Source: Candidatus Micrarchaeota archaeon
Lineage (GTDB): Archaea; B1Sed10-29
NCBI GenBank assembly: GCA_964388265.1
Contig: CAYLXZ010000003.1
Location: forward strand, 1-21,017
Reading direction: 5' to 3'
DNA: 21,017 nt
The notes under the pieces are model-generated. The model worked only from the letters and a program-made list of their open reading frames with translations, searched no databases and was not told the origin of the DNA. Below, in pieces: positions 1 to 9,000 of this stretch; the stretch's first letter is position 1; each line of letters opens with the position of its first letter. Made by a program: the position numbers and the translations under genes.

Positions 1-710
1 TAAGAACAGCTCTAAGACTAGGTTCGTCAGTACTGATAGTCGGAGAAGTAAGATCAAAAGAAGCACAAGTACTATACGAAGCCATGAGAGTAGGAGCAGC
101 AGGAAACGTAGTAATGGGAACAATACACGGAACAGGAGCCTACTCAGTATGGGACAGAGTAGTGAACGACCTAGGAGTACCGAGCACATCATTCAAAGCC
201 ACAGACGTAGTAGTAACCTGTAAACCAGTTAGATTCAAAGGATCACTCCAAAAACAAAGAAGACTCGTAGGAGTAACCGAAATAGGAAAACACTGGTATA
301 AAGACCCATACAAAGAAGGCGAACTCATAGACATACTTGACTTCGACGCAGGAGAAGACGACCACGAAATACTAGAAGAAAACCTCGACGAATCACAGCT
401 ATTTGAAAAAATCTCAAAAGACAGAGGGCTAACCATGGAAGAAATCTGGAACGACATAAACGCAAGAGCAGACACCAAGCAGTTCCTAGTGGACATGAAG
501 AACAAACACAGCATCCCAGGACTCCTAGAAGCAGAATACACAGTACCAGCACACACAAAATGGAACATAATCCTAGAAAACCAAAGACAAGAACACGGAT
601 CCGTGGACTACGAAGAAGCAGAAGAAAAATGGAAAGAATGGGTGAAGAACGAACAAGTAAAAGAACTCGTAGCAAGGAGGAAACACCGTGAGGAAGCCAA
701 GGAACTCTGA
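1..710 (+). CDS. Type IV pilus / type II-IV secretion ATPase (VirB11/TadA/FlaI family), 5'-truncated by the window
   Basis: The frame is open from position 3 (RTALRLGSSVLIVGEVRSKEAQVLYEAMRVGAAGNVVMGTIHG). It contains Walker B (LIVGEVR) and the His box (GTIHG), so the ORF-track start at 84 is internal. Directly followed by a TadC-like gene. Confidence 0.92.
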   Translation, partial: RTALRLGSSVLIVGEVRSKEAQVLYEAMRVGAAGNVVMGTIHGTGAYSVWDRVVNDLGVPSTSFKATDVVVTCKPVRFKGSLQKQRRLVGVTEIGKHWYKDPYKEGELIDILDFDAGEDDHEILEENLDESQLFEKISKDRGLTMEEIWNDINARADTKQFLVDMKNKHSIPGLLEAEYTVPAHTKWNIILENQRQEHGSVDYEEAEEKWKEWVKNEQVKELVARRKHREEAKEL

Positions 711-2736
711 CTCCTCAGGCGGCTTCCAACCAGGAGGACTTGGAGGAAAAGGAAAGAAACCAAGCGAAAGAAAAGAAAGAGAAAACTGGTACACCAAATT
801 CGCAAGCAACGAAAAGATAAAAGGAGGAGAATGGACCTCCGAAGAATACAGAAGCGCAATAAGTTTCCTGGGCTGGGACCTAACACCCAACGAAATAGCA
901 TCCGCAACCAAGAAAGCAGTAGCACTAACACTGATCCCAGTAATAGCTGCATTCGCATTCCTATTCTACCTAGTATTCATACAAGGAACACTAGGCTTCA
1001 TGATATTCACCTACCTGTCAATGCCTCTTATAATACTGCCAATACTAGTACTATACTACTTCAACAAGTACCCTCTCAAGGCGGCGGAAAGCCAAAGAGT
1101 AGAAGCCCTAACATACATACCAGAGATAGTGAACTACCTCGTAATGTCAATGAAACTCACACCAAACCTCGAGAAAGCAGTTGAATTCGCAGCAGAACAC
1201 GGAAGAGGAAAAATCGCAGAAGACCTCCAAGACATAGTATGGGGACTAAGAGTAGGAACCTATTCCTCAATAGAAGAAGCACTCGACGAACTAGCATACA
1301 AATGGGGAGAATACAGCGATGAATTCAAACACGGATTAATGCTAATAAGATCAAGCAAAGTAGAGCCAAACGAAGCACAGAGAGTAAGACTACTCGACAG
1401 AGCAATGGAAGACGTACTAGACGGAATAAAAGACGACATGACACAGTACGCAAAATCCATGAAACAACCCAGCATCTACCTCTACTACATAGGAGTACTC
1501 CTACCACTCATGCTAGTTATAATGCTGCCAATCGGGTCAATGATGGCGAACCTACCACTAGCCCAAAGCTGGGTACTCATATTGCTCTATAACATAATCA
1601 TACCCATAGGCACATTCATGTTCGCCAGAAACATCTTAAGCAAGAGACCACCTGTCTACGTCCCACCACAGATACCAAGAAGCCATCCAGACGCCCCAAA
1701 AAAAGGACACCTCAAAGTAGGGGGAACCACGATTCCAGCATGGCTACTAGCCATAGCACTAGGCATAGTGATATACGTATCCTTCACTTATCTCCTAGAA
1801 CCAATGTTGAACCCCATGCCCAACCCAGAGATATCCCCACAGGCAGCAGAGAACTACATACCTTTCTTCCATCTATCAGGATCAATACTCGCAGTTGTAA
1901 TAGCCGCATCCATATACCTATACGGAACAAGCTACGGACTTAGAAAAATACAGAAGAAGATAATGGAGATGGAAACCCAGTTCAAAGACTCAATCTATAT
2001 ACTATCCAGCCGACTAGGAGAAAACAAACCAATGGAAGAAGCACTAACCTACACAGAAGAATTCCTAGGAGACACAGCCATAGCCAAGATATTTAGAGAA
2101 ACATCAAACAACGTTAGATCCATGGGCATGACAGTAGAACAAGCATTCTTCGACGAAAACTACGGTTCACTAAGAAACGTACCCAGCAACATGATAAAAG
2201 GAGCAATGACGGTGGTAGTTGACTCAATGAAACTAGGAGTAAAACAAGCGTCCAGAACCCTAGCATCACTATCAATACAACTAAAAGACACAGATGAAGT
2301 CAAGAAAAAAGTTAGAACCCAACTAGAAGACATTACAGCCATGATGAAATCCATAGCATACATAATTGGGCCACTGGTACTAGGGATAACCACAGCCCTA
2401 CAAAGAATAATCATAGAAGCCATGGGTTCAATAAGCGAAACCAGCCTAGGCGGAGGAGGAGCCTCAGGCCAGATGGGAGGAATAGGAGGAATGGCATCAA
2501 TGTTCGGATCAGCAGAAGTCCTAGAAATGGTTCCAGGACCAACATTCTTCCTAGCAATAATAGGAATCTACGTAATGGAAGTCACATTCATATTAATCTA
2601 CTTCACAAGCAGAGTAGAAGAAGGATCAAACAACCTCTCACTCAAGATGAATCTAGCTAAGAGCCTGCCAATTTCACTTATATTCTACCTGTTCTCAGCA
2701 TTCTTCGCATCACAGATGACCACTGCACTAGCATAG
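688..2736 (+). CDS. Type IV pilus membrane platform protein (TadC/FlaJ-like, two T2SSF-type domains), 682 aa
   Basis: Multiple TM segments; two cytoplasmic repeats (LTPNLEKAVEFAAEHGRGKIAEDL and LGENKPMEEALTYTEEFLGDTAIAKIF). GTG start with GGAGG at 676-680; overlaps the ATPase 3' end. Confidence 0.85.
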   Translation: MRKPRNSDSSGGFQPGGLGGKGKKPSERKERENWYTKFASNEKIKGGEWTSEEYRSAISFLGWDLTPNEIASATKKAVALTLIPVIAAFAFLFYLVFIQGTLGFMIFTYLSMPLIILPILVLYYFNKYPLKAAESQRVEALTYIPEIVNYLVMSMKLTPNLEKAVEFAAEHGRGKIAEDLQDIVWGLRVGTYSSIEEALDELAYKWGEYSDEFKHGLMLIRSSKVEPNEAQRVRLLDRAMEDVLDGIKDDMTQYAKSMKQPSIYLYYIGVLLPLMLVIMLPIGSMMANLPLAQSWVLILLYNIIIPIGTFMFARNILSKRPPVYVPPQIPRSHPDAPKKGHLKVGGTTIPAWLLAIALGIVIYVSFTYLLEPMLNPMPNPEISPQAAENYIPFFHLSGSILAVVIAASIYLYGTSYGLRKIQKKIMEMETQFKDSIYILSSRLGENKPMEEALTYTEEFLGDTAIAKIFRETSNNVRSMGMTVEQAFFDENYGSLRNVPSNMIKGAMTVVVDSMKLGVKQASRTLASLSIQLKDTDEVKKKVRTQLEDITAMMKSIAYIIGPLVLGITTALQRIIIEAMGSISETSLGGGGASGQMGGIGGMASMFGSAEVLEMVPGPTFFLAIIGIYVMEVTFILIYFTSRVEEGSNNLSLKMNLAKSLPISLIFYLFSAFFASQMTTALA

Positions 2737-2746
2737 GTGAATAGAC

Positions 2747-3136
2747 ATGAAGAAAGGGCAAATAGGAACAGTCTACAAGCTATTAATAAGTTCAGCTTTC
2801 GCGATAGCCCTACTAGTGATAGTTTACAACTACACTAGTTCAATACAGTCACCAATAACAGGGATAGACGTTGCACAAGACGTGCTGGGAAAGGCGTCTG
2901 ATTCACGAGGACTCTGTTTCTCCAGAGATCCAGTTAAATTCCAAGAAGGACAAACTTACAATCACCAAATGTTTGAAGATGTTTTAGGGTTAAGTTCTCT
3001 TTCCGTAGAACCTAAATTGCCTAAGAGCATTTATGATCCTAGTGATGATGTATTTAAAGCTAATTTGGAGTCTTCTCTTTCAGCAATTTGCAATCCTAGT
3101 TGTAAGCTATATCTTGGGTCAAGTAATTGTGGATAG
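2747..3136 (+). CDS. Prepilin-like protein with class III signal peptide, 129 aa
   Basis: MKKG|QIGTVYKLLISSAFAIALLVIVY: basic residues, Gly, then a hydrophobic helix. AGGTGA RBS just upstream; Cys residues in the C-terminal domain. Confidence 0.85.
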   Translation: MKKGQIGTVYKLLISSAFAIALLVIVYNYTSSIQSPITGIDVAQDVLGKASDSRGLCFSRDPVKFQEGQTYNHQMFEDVLGLSSLSVEPKLPKSIYDPSDDVFKANLESSLSAICNPSCKLYLGSSNCG

Positions 3137-3158
3137 AGTTTGATTCACAAGTCAATAC

Positions 3159-3201
3159 ATTTATAAATAACTTTCTCTTTATTATAATACAGATGAGGTG
3201 A
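3159..3201 (+). promoter_or_regulatory. Putative TATA box (TTTATAAATA) and GAGGTGA RBS for the 3209 pilin
   Basis: Consensus archaeal TATA in the 72-nt intergenic gap, and a strong RBS 7 nt before the ATG. Confidence 0.55.
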
Positions 3202-3208
3202 TCAACAT

Positions 3209-3661
3209 ATGATGAGAGGACAGGCTTTCAGCACGTTTAAATTAATGATAGCTGCGGTAGTAGCCGTAGCAATACTAGGAATACTACTATCAATACTAGG
3301 AGGAATCCAGAGTCCAATGGGCTTTGAACAACAAGCCAAAAACCTATTAAGTGAGGTTTCAGCATCCCCTGGAACTGCTAAAAAAGGCCCTAGTGCTACT
3401 CTGACACCTGGAATTTATTCTCTGTCAAACCTGCAGGCAGCTGCATCAGGAACACTTCACGTAAAATGTAACAGAGGACAATGTGGGTATACAGGAGACC
3501 CTGACTCTGATAGTTGGTTTACGTCAGATGATGGTAGTTTAAAGGTAAGTAGTAAGCTTACTGCGGTTTCATTAGCAGCTTGCTGTACATCTACTGGGGG
3601 CGACTGCTATCTTGGAATAGGGATGGATGTAGATACCGTTTATGATAATAAATGTAAATAA
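3209..3661 (+). CDS. Prepilin with class III signal peptide, candidate major pilin, 150 aa
   Basis: MMRG|QAFSTFKLMIAAVVAVAILGILLSILGGI; has its own putative promoter and RBS; six Cys in the head domain. Confidence 0.88.
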   Translation: MMRGQAFSTFKLMIAAVVAVAILGILLSILGGIQSPMGFEQQAKNLLSEVSASPGTAKKGPSATLTPGIYSLSNLQAAASGTLHVKCNRGQCGYTGDPDSDSWFTSDDGSLKVSSKLTAVSLAACCTSTGGDCYLGIGMDVDTVYDNKCK

Positions 3662-3697
3662 ACCACATCTTAAATGTAAAAAAATAAATGAGAAGAT

Positions 3698-3859
3698 ATG
3701 GATAATATAGGAGGAATGAGCTGGACACCGATATACCTAGCTATTGTGATAGCGATAGCCGTGATACTCTTATTCGCGGTGGTAAAGCCAATGTTCCAAG
3801 GAGGAGCACAGTACGCGGAAACACAGCTCCCATCACTCATTCTTCCACTCCTATCCTGA
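3698..3859 (+). CDS. Small pilin-like single-TM protein, 53 aa (absent from ORF track)
   Basis: Manual translation: MDNIGGMSWTPIYLAIVIAIAVILLFAVVKPMFQGGAQYAETQLPSLILPLLS*. It lies within the pilin cluster and uses host-like A-ending codons (ata, cta, gga). An alternative start at 3716 follows GGAGG. Confidence 0.7.
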   Translation: MDNIGGMSWTPIYLAIVIAIAVILLFAVVKPMFQGGAQYAETQLPSLILPLLS

Positions 3860-3912
3860 ACCAGGTTAAACCCTTACTTCTTCTTTTTCCCTATCTGTAA
3901 CTGACCTAAACC

Positions 3913-3922
3913 TTTTTTATAT
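3913..3922 (+). promoter_or_regulatory. Putative TATA box for a leaderless transcript starting at about 3943
   Basis: TTTTTTATAT lies 21-30 nt upstream of ATG 3943, which has no RBS. Confidence 0.45.
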
Positions 3923-3942
3923 CTAGATATTCTTATTAAACC

Positions 3943-4503
3943 ATGAATAAAGGACAGGAATCAATGCCAATACAGTTACTCCTAGGAGTAACAATACTCA
4001 CATTCGTATTAATCATAGGTTTCTACAGCTACAGACAAGTATGCGCAAGCCAATACAATCAAAAAGTAAAATCAGGATTAAATAAACTAGCTAGAACAAT
4101 GGAACAAGCCTACCAAGGAGGAGTAGGCACCTCACCACCAGCCATAACCATAGATACACAGGCCCCAGGAGGATGCGACGTTAACCTAGAATCAGTGAGA
4201 ATCGTAGATGGAACACCCGAAGCCTGTAAAGAAGGAGTAGGCAAATCGGAATGCGCGATGATAGTAGCAGTAGCTACAACACAACAAGGAGGAAAGTCAA
4301 TACAAGCAAAAGCCTACGCTGATATACCAGGACACGTATCGATAGATATGGATAAAGCATCAAATTGCCATGAAACTGGATTAGGTGATGTATATGAGGA
4401 AGATTTTACTGAAGGTGAAGATTGTGGCTGGACACAGGGAATATACAATGTAGAGGTAGAGAAAGAATCAAACGACATGATAACTGTAAGGGAAGTGGGA
4501 TAA
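3943..4503 (+). CDS. Prepilin-like (minor pilin), class III signal peptide, 186 aa
   Basis: MNKG|QESMPIQLLLGVTILTFVLIIGFYSY; Cys-containing globular domain. Confidence 0.85.
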   Translation: MNKGQESMPIQLLLGVTILTFVLIIGFYSYRQVCASQYNQKVKSGLNKLARTMEQAYQGGVGTSPPAITIDTQAPGGCDVNLESVRIVDGTPEACKEGVGKSECAMIVAVATTQQGGKSIQAKAYADIPGHVSIDMDKASNCHETGLGDVYEEDFTEGEDCGWTQGIYNVEVEKESNDMITVREVG

Positions 4504-5037
4504 ATGAACAGAGGAATATCCACATGGCTATTCACCAAAGTAGTAATGTTGATATTTCTAACCATGACCTTCGCAATCATCCTATCCTTCACAAGCGTGG
4601 TTCAACAGAGAGCCGTTGCCGAAGCAGGAGAACAGATAACCATAAACATCAAGGACTCCACACTCTCACTCCTAGGAATAAAATCCCTTAGAGCCTCAAG
4701 GCACGTCATACTACCAGAAACCATACCTAAAACCTCGGAAAGAGGAGAAAAATACACAGTACACCTAAGAAAGTCAGGAACACAAGGTCCTAATATATCT
4801 GTAGCCATAGCTTTAGGTCACCACGATAACACTGGACAGATAGACAGTTACCTCACGGCATCATCCTTTAACATCCCTTCAAGCTACAATGTTTACTTTT
4901 TAGATGACTCAGATAGTGTAGCAGGAAATGATTTAGTTTTGAACTCAGAAGACTACAACTTTGTGATAATTGAATCAACACCAGGCGTTCTTAACATATC
5001 AGGATGTGAAAAGGATGTAGTGGGTGATTGTCAATGA
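4504..5037 (+). CDS. Prepilin-like (minor pilin), 177 aa
   Basis: MNRG|ISTWLFTKVVMLIFLTMTFAIILSF; ATG directly abuts the previous stop codon. Confidence 0.8.
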   Translation: MNRGISTWLFTKVVMLIFLTMTFAIILSFTSVVQQRAVAEAGEQITINIKDSTLSLLGIKSLRASRHVILPETIPKTSERGEKYTVHLRKSGTQGPNISVAIALGHHDNTGQIDSYLTASSFNIPSSYNVYFLDDSDSVAGNDLVLNSEDYNFVIIESTPGVLNISGCEKDVVGDCQ

Positions 5038-5462
5038 AGAAAGGATTCATTGGCCCGCTGGGAGATGACTTACCTTCACTCATAGCTATTATGCTAGCCT
5101 TGACTCTCTTCTTCTCAGGTTTAACTTTCTCTATGAATGTATTTGACCAGAAAAGAGAAAGAGCACGGTTAATGAAAGGAGCTCTTGACATAAGCAGGGT
5201 AATAATAAAAGAAAAAATCTTACCTATGCAGGAAGAAAAACTTAAAACCGGTGAAGCTAACAGCACAGCAGATAGCAATAACCTTGCCTTCAACGCAGGG
5301 TACGGGGAAGATGGAGTAGAAAATTTAGAGCCTCATCCTCCAGACGCTCTTAATGACAATAATGGATGTGGGAATAACAGTATCTACTTCAGTTACCTCG
5401 TTGTCAAGGAAGGAGGAGACCTAGAAACTCTTAGGGTATGCGTATGGGAGGCTGGAGCATGA
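5034..5462 (+). CDS. Prepilin-like (minor pilin), 142 aa
   Basis: MKKG|FIGPLGDDLPSLIAIMLALTLFFSGLTF. Start moved from 5028 to ATG 5034 because of the ATGA overlap with the previous stop and GGTGA at 5023-5027. Confidence 0.8.
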   Translation: MKKGFIGPLGDDLPSLIAIMLALTLFFSGLTFSMNVFDQKRERARLMKGALDISRVIIKEKILPMQEEKLKTGEANSTADSNNLAFNAGYGEDGVENLEPHPPDALNDNNGCGNNSIYFSYLVVKEGGDLETLRVCVWEAGA

Positions 5463-6022
5463 ATAAAGGACAGTCAGCTATAATGGACGCGTTATTCTTC
5501 ATGATCATATGCTCGGTGTCAGCTACCTTACTCTTCTACGTCTCCAGTCTCTATGGGCAGAGTGTGGACCAGGAGATAAGCGCTATCTACAACTTCGAAT
5601 ACACAGGGAATGCTCTACTTTCTCTGATGAACGTGGATGACGGTGAATTCTGGAGAGGTGTTCAAGAAAAAGTTGAAAATAATGAAGATATTTCAGATAT
5701 AAGGGAAAATATCAGTAGTTATAAAAATGGAAAGATTTGGGAAGAGGTCCTGAATTCTTCTCCAACCAACTACACCTTCCTTTGTTTTAAACCTATTAAT
5801 CCAATGGAGAATCCTGATGCTTGTGGTAACAGTGAGGGGTGTTACCCTGCTAATTATACGCGTGAAAGTAGCATGGGTGGTAACTGCGATTATAGGCCCC
5901 ACGATCCGGGGAAACCCTACAAGTGTAAGGAGAGTGATTTTAGTACTGCAAATTTTACTTCTTATACTCATTCTGTGGTTGTTGATTCTGGTTGCGGGGC
6001 TTTTATGGTGGTTTATTACTAG
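5459..6022 (+). CDS. Prepilin-like (minor pilin), 187 aa
   Basis: MNKG|QSAIMDALFFMIICSVSATLLFYVSSLY. Start moved from 5438 to ATG 5459 (ATGA overlap with the previous stop). Cys-rich C-terminal half. Confidence 0.83.
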   Translation: MNKGQSAIMDALFFMIICSVSATLLFYVSSLYGQSVDQEISAIYNFEYTGNALLSLMNVDDGEFWRGVQEKVENNEDISDIRENISSYKNGKIWEEVLNSSPTNYTFLCFKPINPMENPDACGNSEGCYPANYTRESSMGGNCDYRPHDPGKPYKCKESDFSTANFTSYTHSVVVDSGCGAFMVVYY

Positions 6023-9000
6023 TTGTTTAGTTTTTCTTGAAGTTCTTTTCTTCTTCGTATTGCTATTATTCCGCCTAGTATCGTTATTATGAATATTGCT
6101 AGTGTTGCTGGCTGTGTTGGTGTTGATGGTAGCTGTGCTGCTATTCCTGGTTTTCCTTTCTCTGCTCCTAGTTCTTCTTGTGGTACTGGTTGTTCTCTTG
6201 ATCCCCATGGTGACTGTTTTGGAGTCATCATGCCTGGGTTCTGCATTCCTGCTCCTCTTTGGCTGAACTGTGGGTTTAGTTTGAATGGGAACTCATTGCT
6301 TATGGAGATTTTTCCGTCTTTGTATTCCATCATTCCTCCTTTTCCCCATGCTCTTAGGAGTGGTGTGGAGGAGGTTACTTGTCCTCTTTTGTTCAGAAGC
6401 TCCATTAGTGGTTGTCCGTTTTCTCCTTTTCTCACTCTCATCTTTTTTCCATTTTCTAGCAGTATATCTCCGTTTTCTGCTATTTTATCTATTTTGTATA
6501 CTTTTGGTTCATCCATTCCTTCTCTCTGCACGTAGAGTTTGCCGTTGTCTATCCATATTCTTTCTCCGTCTGCTCCTTCAAACTGTGAGAACTGCATGTC
6601 GTTGGTTAAGTCGCTTGCTCTTTGGTTGTCCCAGAATGAATCTTCTTTTTCTCCGCTGGTGTCTGTTCCGTCCACGTTTTCCATGTTTATTGGGTCGCCT
6701 ATCTTCTCTCCGGTGTTAGAATTGTAGGCTTGTGCTTGTACTTCTCCATTTGGGCCTTCTTGTATGTCTATCTCTGTGTTACCTGTGTTTCTTTCATGTT
6801 TTTCTCCATCAGGGGTATTGATTATAATTTCGTCTCCTTCTTTTGTTATGCTTCCTTTTCCTTCTCCATCGATTTCGGAGAAGTTCAGGTCCTCTATCTC
6901 GGAGAGTTTCTTGTTTAATTTGCTTCCGAGGAGGTTCTTTAGAGCTGTTATGTTTCCGTCTTCATCAGTTACTCCTTCTCCACCCCAGTTCGCATCATCT
7001 GCATCGAAATCCATTAGGTTGTAGATCATTAAGTGGTTCCATTCATCGAAGTTTCTTGTCACGTTCTCTCCGTTCACTTTCACTTCTTTTTCTCCTCTTC
7101 CTGGGATTAGTTTACCGTTATCAAAGCTGATGAATCCATCTACATCTACTTTGAGGGTTTCTCCTAGTTTGTTGTCTCCATCTTCATCTTGTATCTCTAT
7201 CTCATTGTTTCTGTATACCTGGATCTTTGAGTCTGGGAATCTTATTATCTCATTTTTACCGTATTCTTCTCCTGTTCTTTCCGTGAACATTACTACTGTT
7301 TCTTGGTTGTTGTTCCAGATCACTGCTTGGTCTGTTCTTATCATCTGCAGGCCGCCTAGGAGTGTTTTTGTGCGGGTTGTTTCGGCTAGATCTTCTACTG
7401 TTCTTTTGACCTGTTGTTTCTCGAACTTCACTTCATCTGGTATTCCGGGGTTTATTTCCATTAATTCTTCTTGATCGGTTGAATTTCTTATGTTTATCAC
7501 TTTCTGCGGTATTGTGAGTATTCCTCTTTCGTTGTCCCATCTTAGTCCTCGTGCTTGTGGAGCGTCTTTTATTATGGGTGTACTTTCATTGGTTAGCAGT
7601 GAGTATCCTTCTTTTCTCATGCATCTGTATGCTCCTCCTTGGGTCTGGGTACAGAAGGATATGTCCTGAGCTTGATTTAAGAACCAATCTAGTTGTGAGT
7701 CTCTGTCAAAATGTATCTGGTACAGTTCTGATCCGTATAGTCGGGTATGGCTGCTTCCTTTTATTATTCCTTTTAGTGAGGGTGTGCTTATCATTGTTCC
7801 TGCTGCGAAGTTTTCAAGTGAGGCTTTTGTTTCCTGTGAAACTGAACCTAGCCCTATTGAGTCCATTGGGTTGAAGTTGGTGGATCCTCCTATTTGGCTT
7901 TTGACTTCATCTAATATATTTTGAGATCTATTCTCTGGTTCCGTGAGAGCACTCCATCCTAATCCAAAGTGAACAGTTTCTGTGCAGTTCTTCATTTCTC
8001 TTAATCCTTCTTTTTTCTCTCTTTCATATTCTTTTTCAGCGAAGTAGTTACCTATTGCAGCTCCTATTTGAGCTGCTGCTACTGTTAGCCCTACTGGCCC
8101 AGTAGCTGCGTATGATGATGCTGCTACGGCTATTCCTGCACCGTCAGTACCTATTTCTAATGTTTTCGTTGTTGCCATTAAAGCATAGGCTCCTTTTATA
8201 CTTGCTGTGGTATCCTCAATTTTATTTTCACAGAGATTCCCTCTGCTATAAGCTTCATCTATATCTACTACTTCTGTATATGTAGGGTCGTATCCTTTCT
8301 CTGCAGCATCTTCAGTGAGGGTCTGCCAAGCTTTCGGTGCGATGAATACGCCTGTGAGCCCTAAGGTAGCGTATTGTCCGTATTGTCCGAGTCCTGATGC
8401 TGCTCCTAACATCCCTCCGGATGCTCCTGCGAATATGGAGGATCCTATTAAGGCGGGGGTACTGGGAGTCATTTCCACGAGGTTTCCATAGGGTTTTGTT
8501 GTGTAGTCTCCTTTTGGTTTCATTTGAGCTAGTCCCCCTATGTCAAGTCTCTTCACCATAAAGGTTAGAGAGGTGTATCTTTTCCCGTTTCCAGGTACTT
8601 TGTAGGAGCGGGGGTGTTCGAATGAGTAGTAGTTGGATTTTTCAGGTGTTTGGCTGCTGATCATCCATTTTTCTTCTCCATGGAGATTTACTGGGAGTAT
8701 TACGTTTTTTCCCATTCCTCCGATTTTTTCCGGGACTGATCCTTCTTGGTCTAGGGCTATTATTCTCCCTGGGCCAGGGTTTTCTCTTATTTTACTCCTG
8801 ATGTACTGTACATCACTTTTCTCTGTTAGCATATCTTTTAAATTAGGAACGAACCATTCCTGCATGTTCTCAAATACTCCTGCTGGATACCAACCTTTAC
8901 CCTGAAGATATTCTGTGGATCTTATTATCTCGAAATATGAATCTAGACTTTCTTCTTGTTTTATGACTCTCTTTGGAGTAGCTCTAACTTCCATTTCAAA

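Noticed and set aside
1..6022. Archaellum (fla/arl) operon
   Set aside because: No archaellin-type N-termini and no FlaH/FlaF/FlaG-like genes visible; the pilins look like a non-archaellum type IV pilus set.
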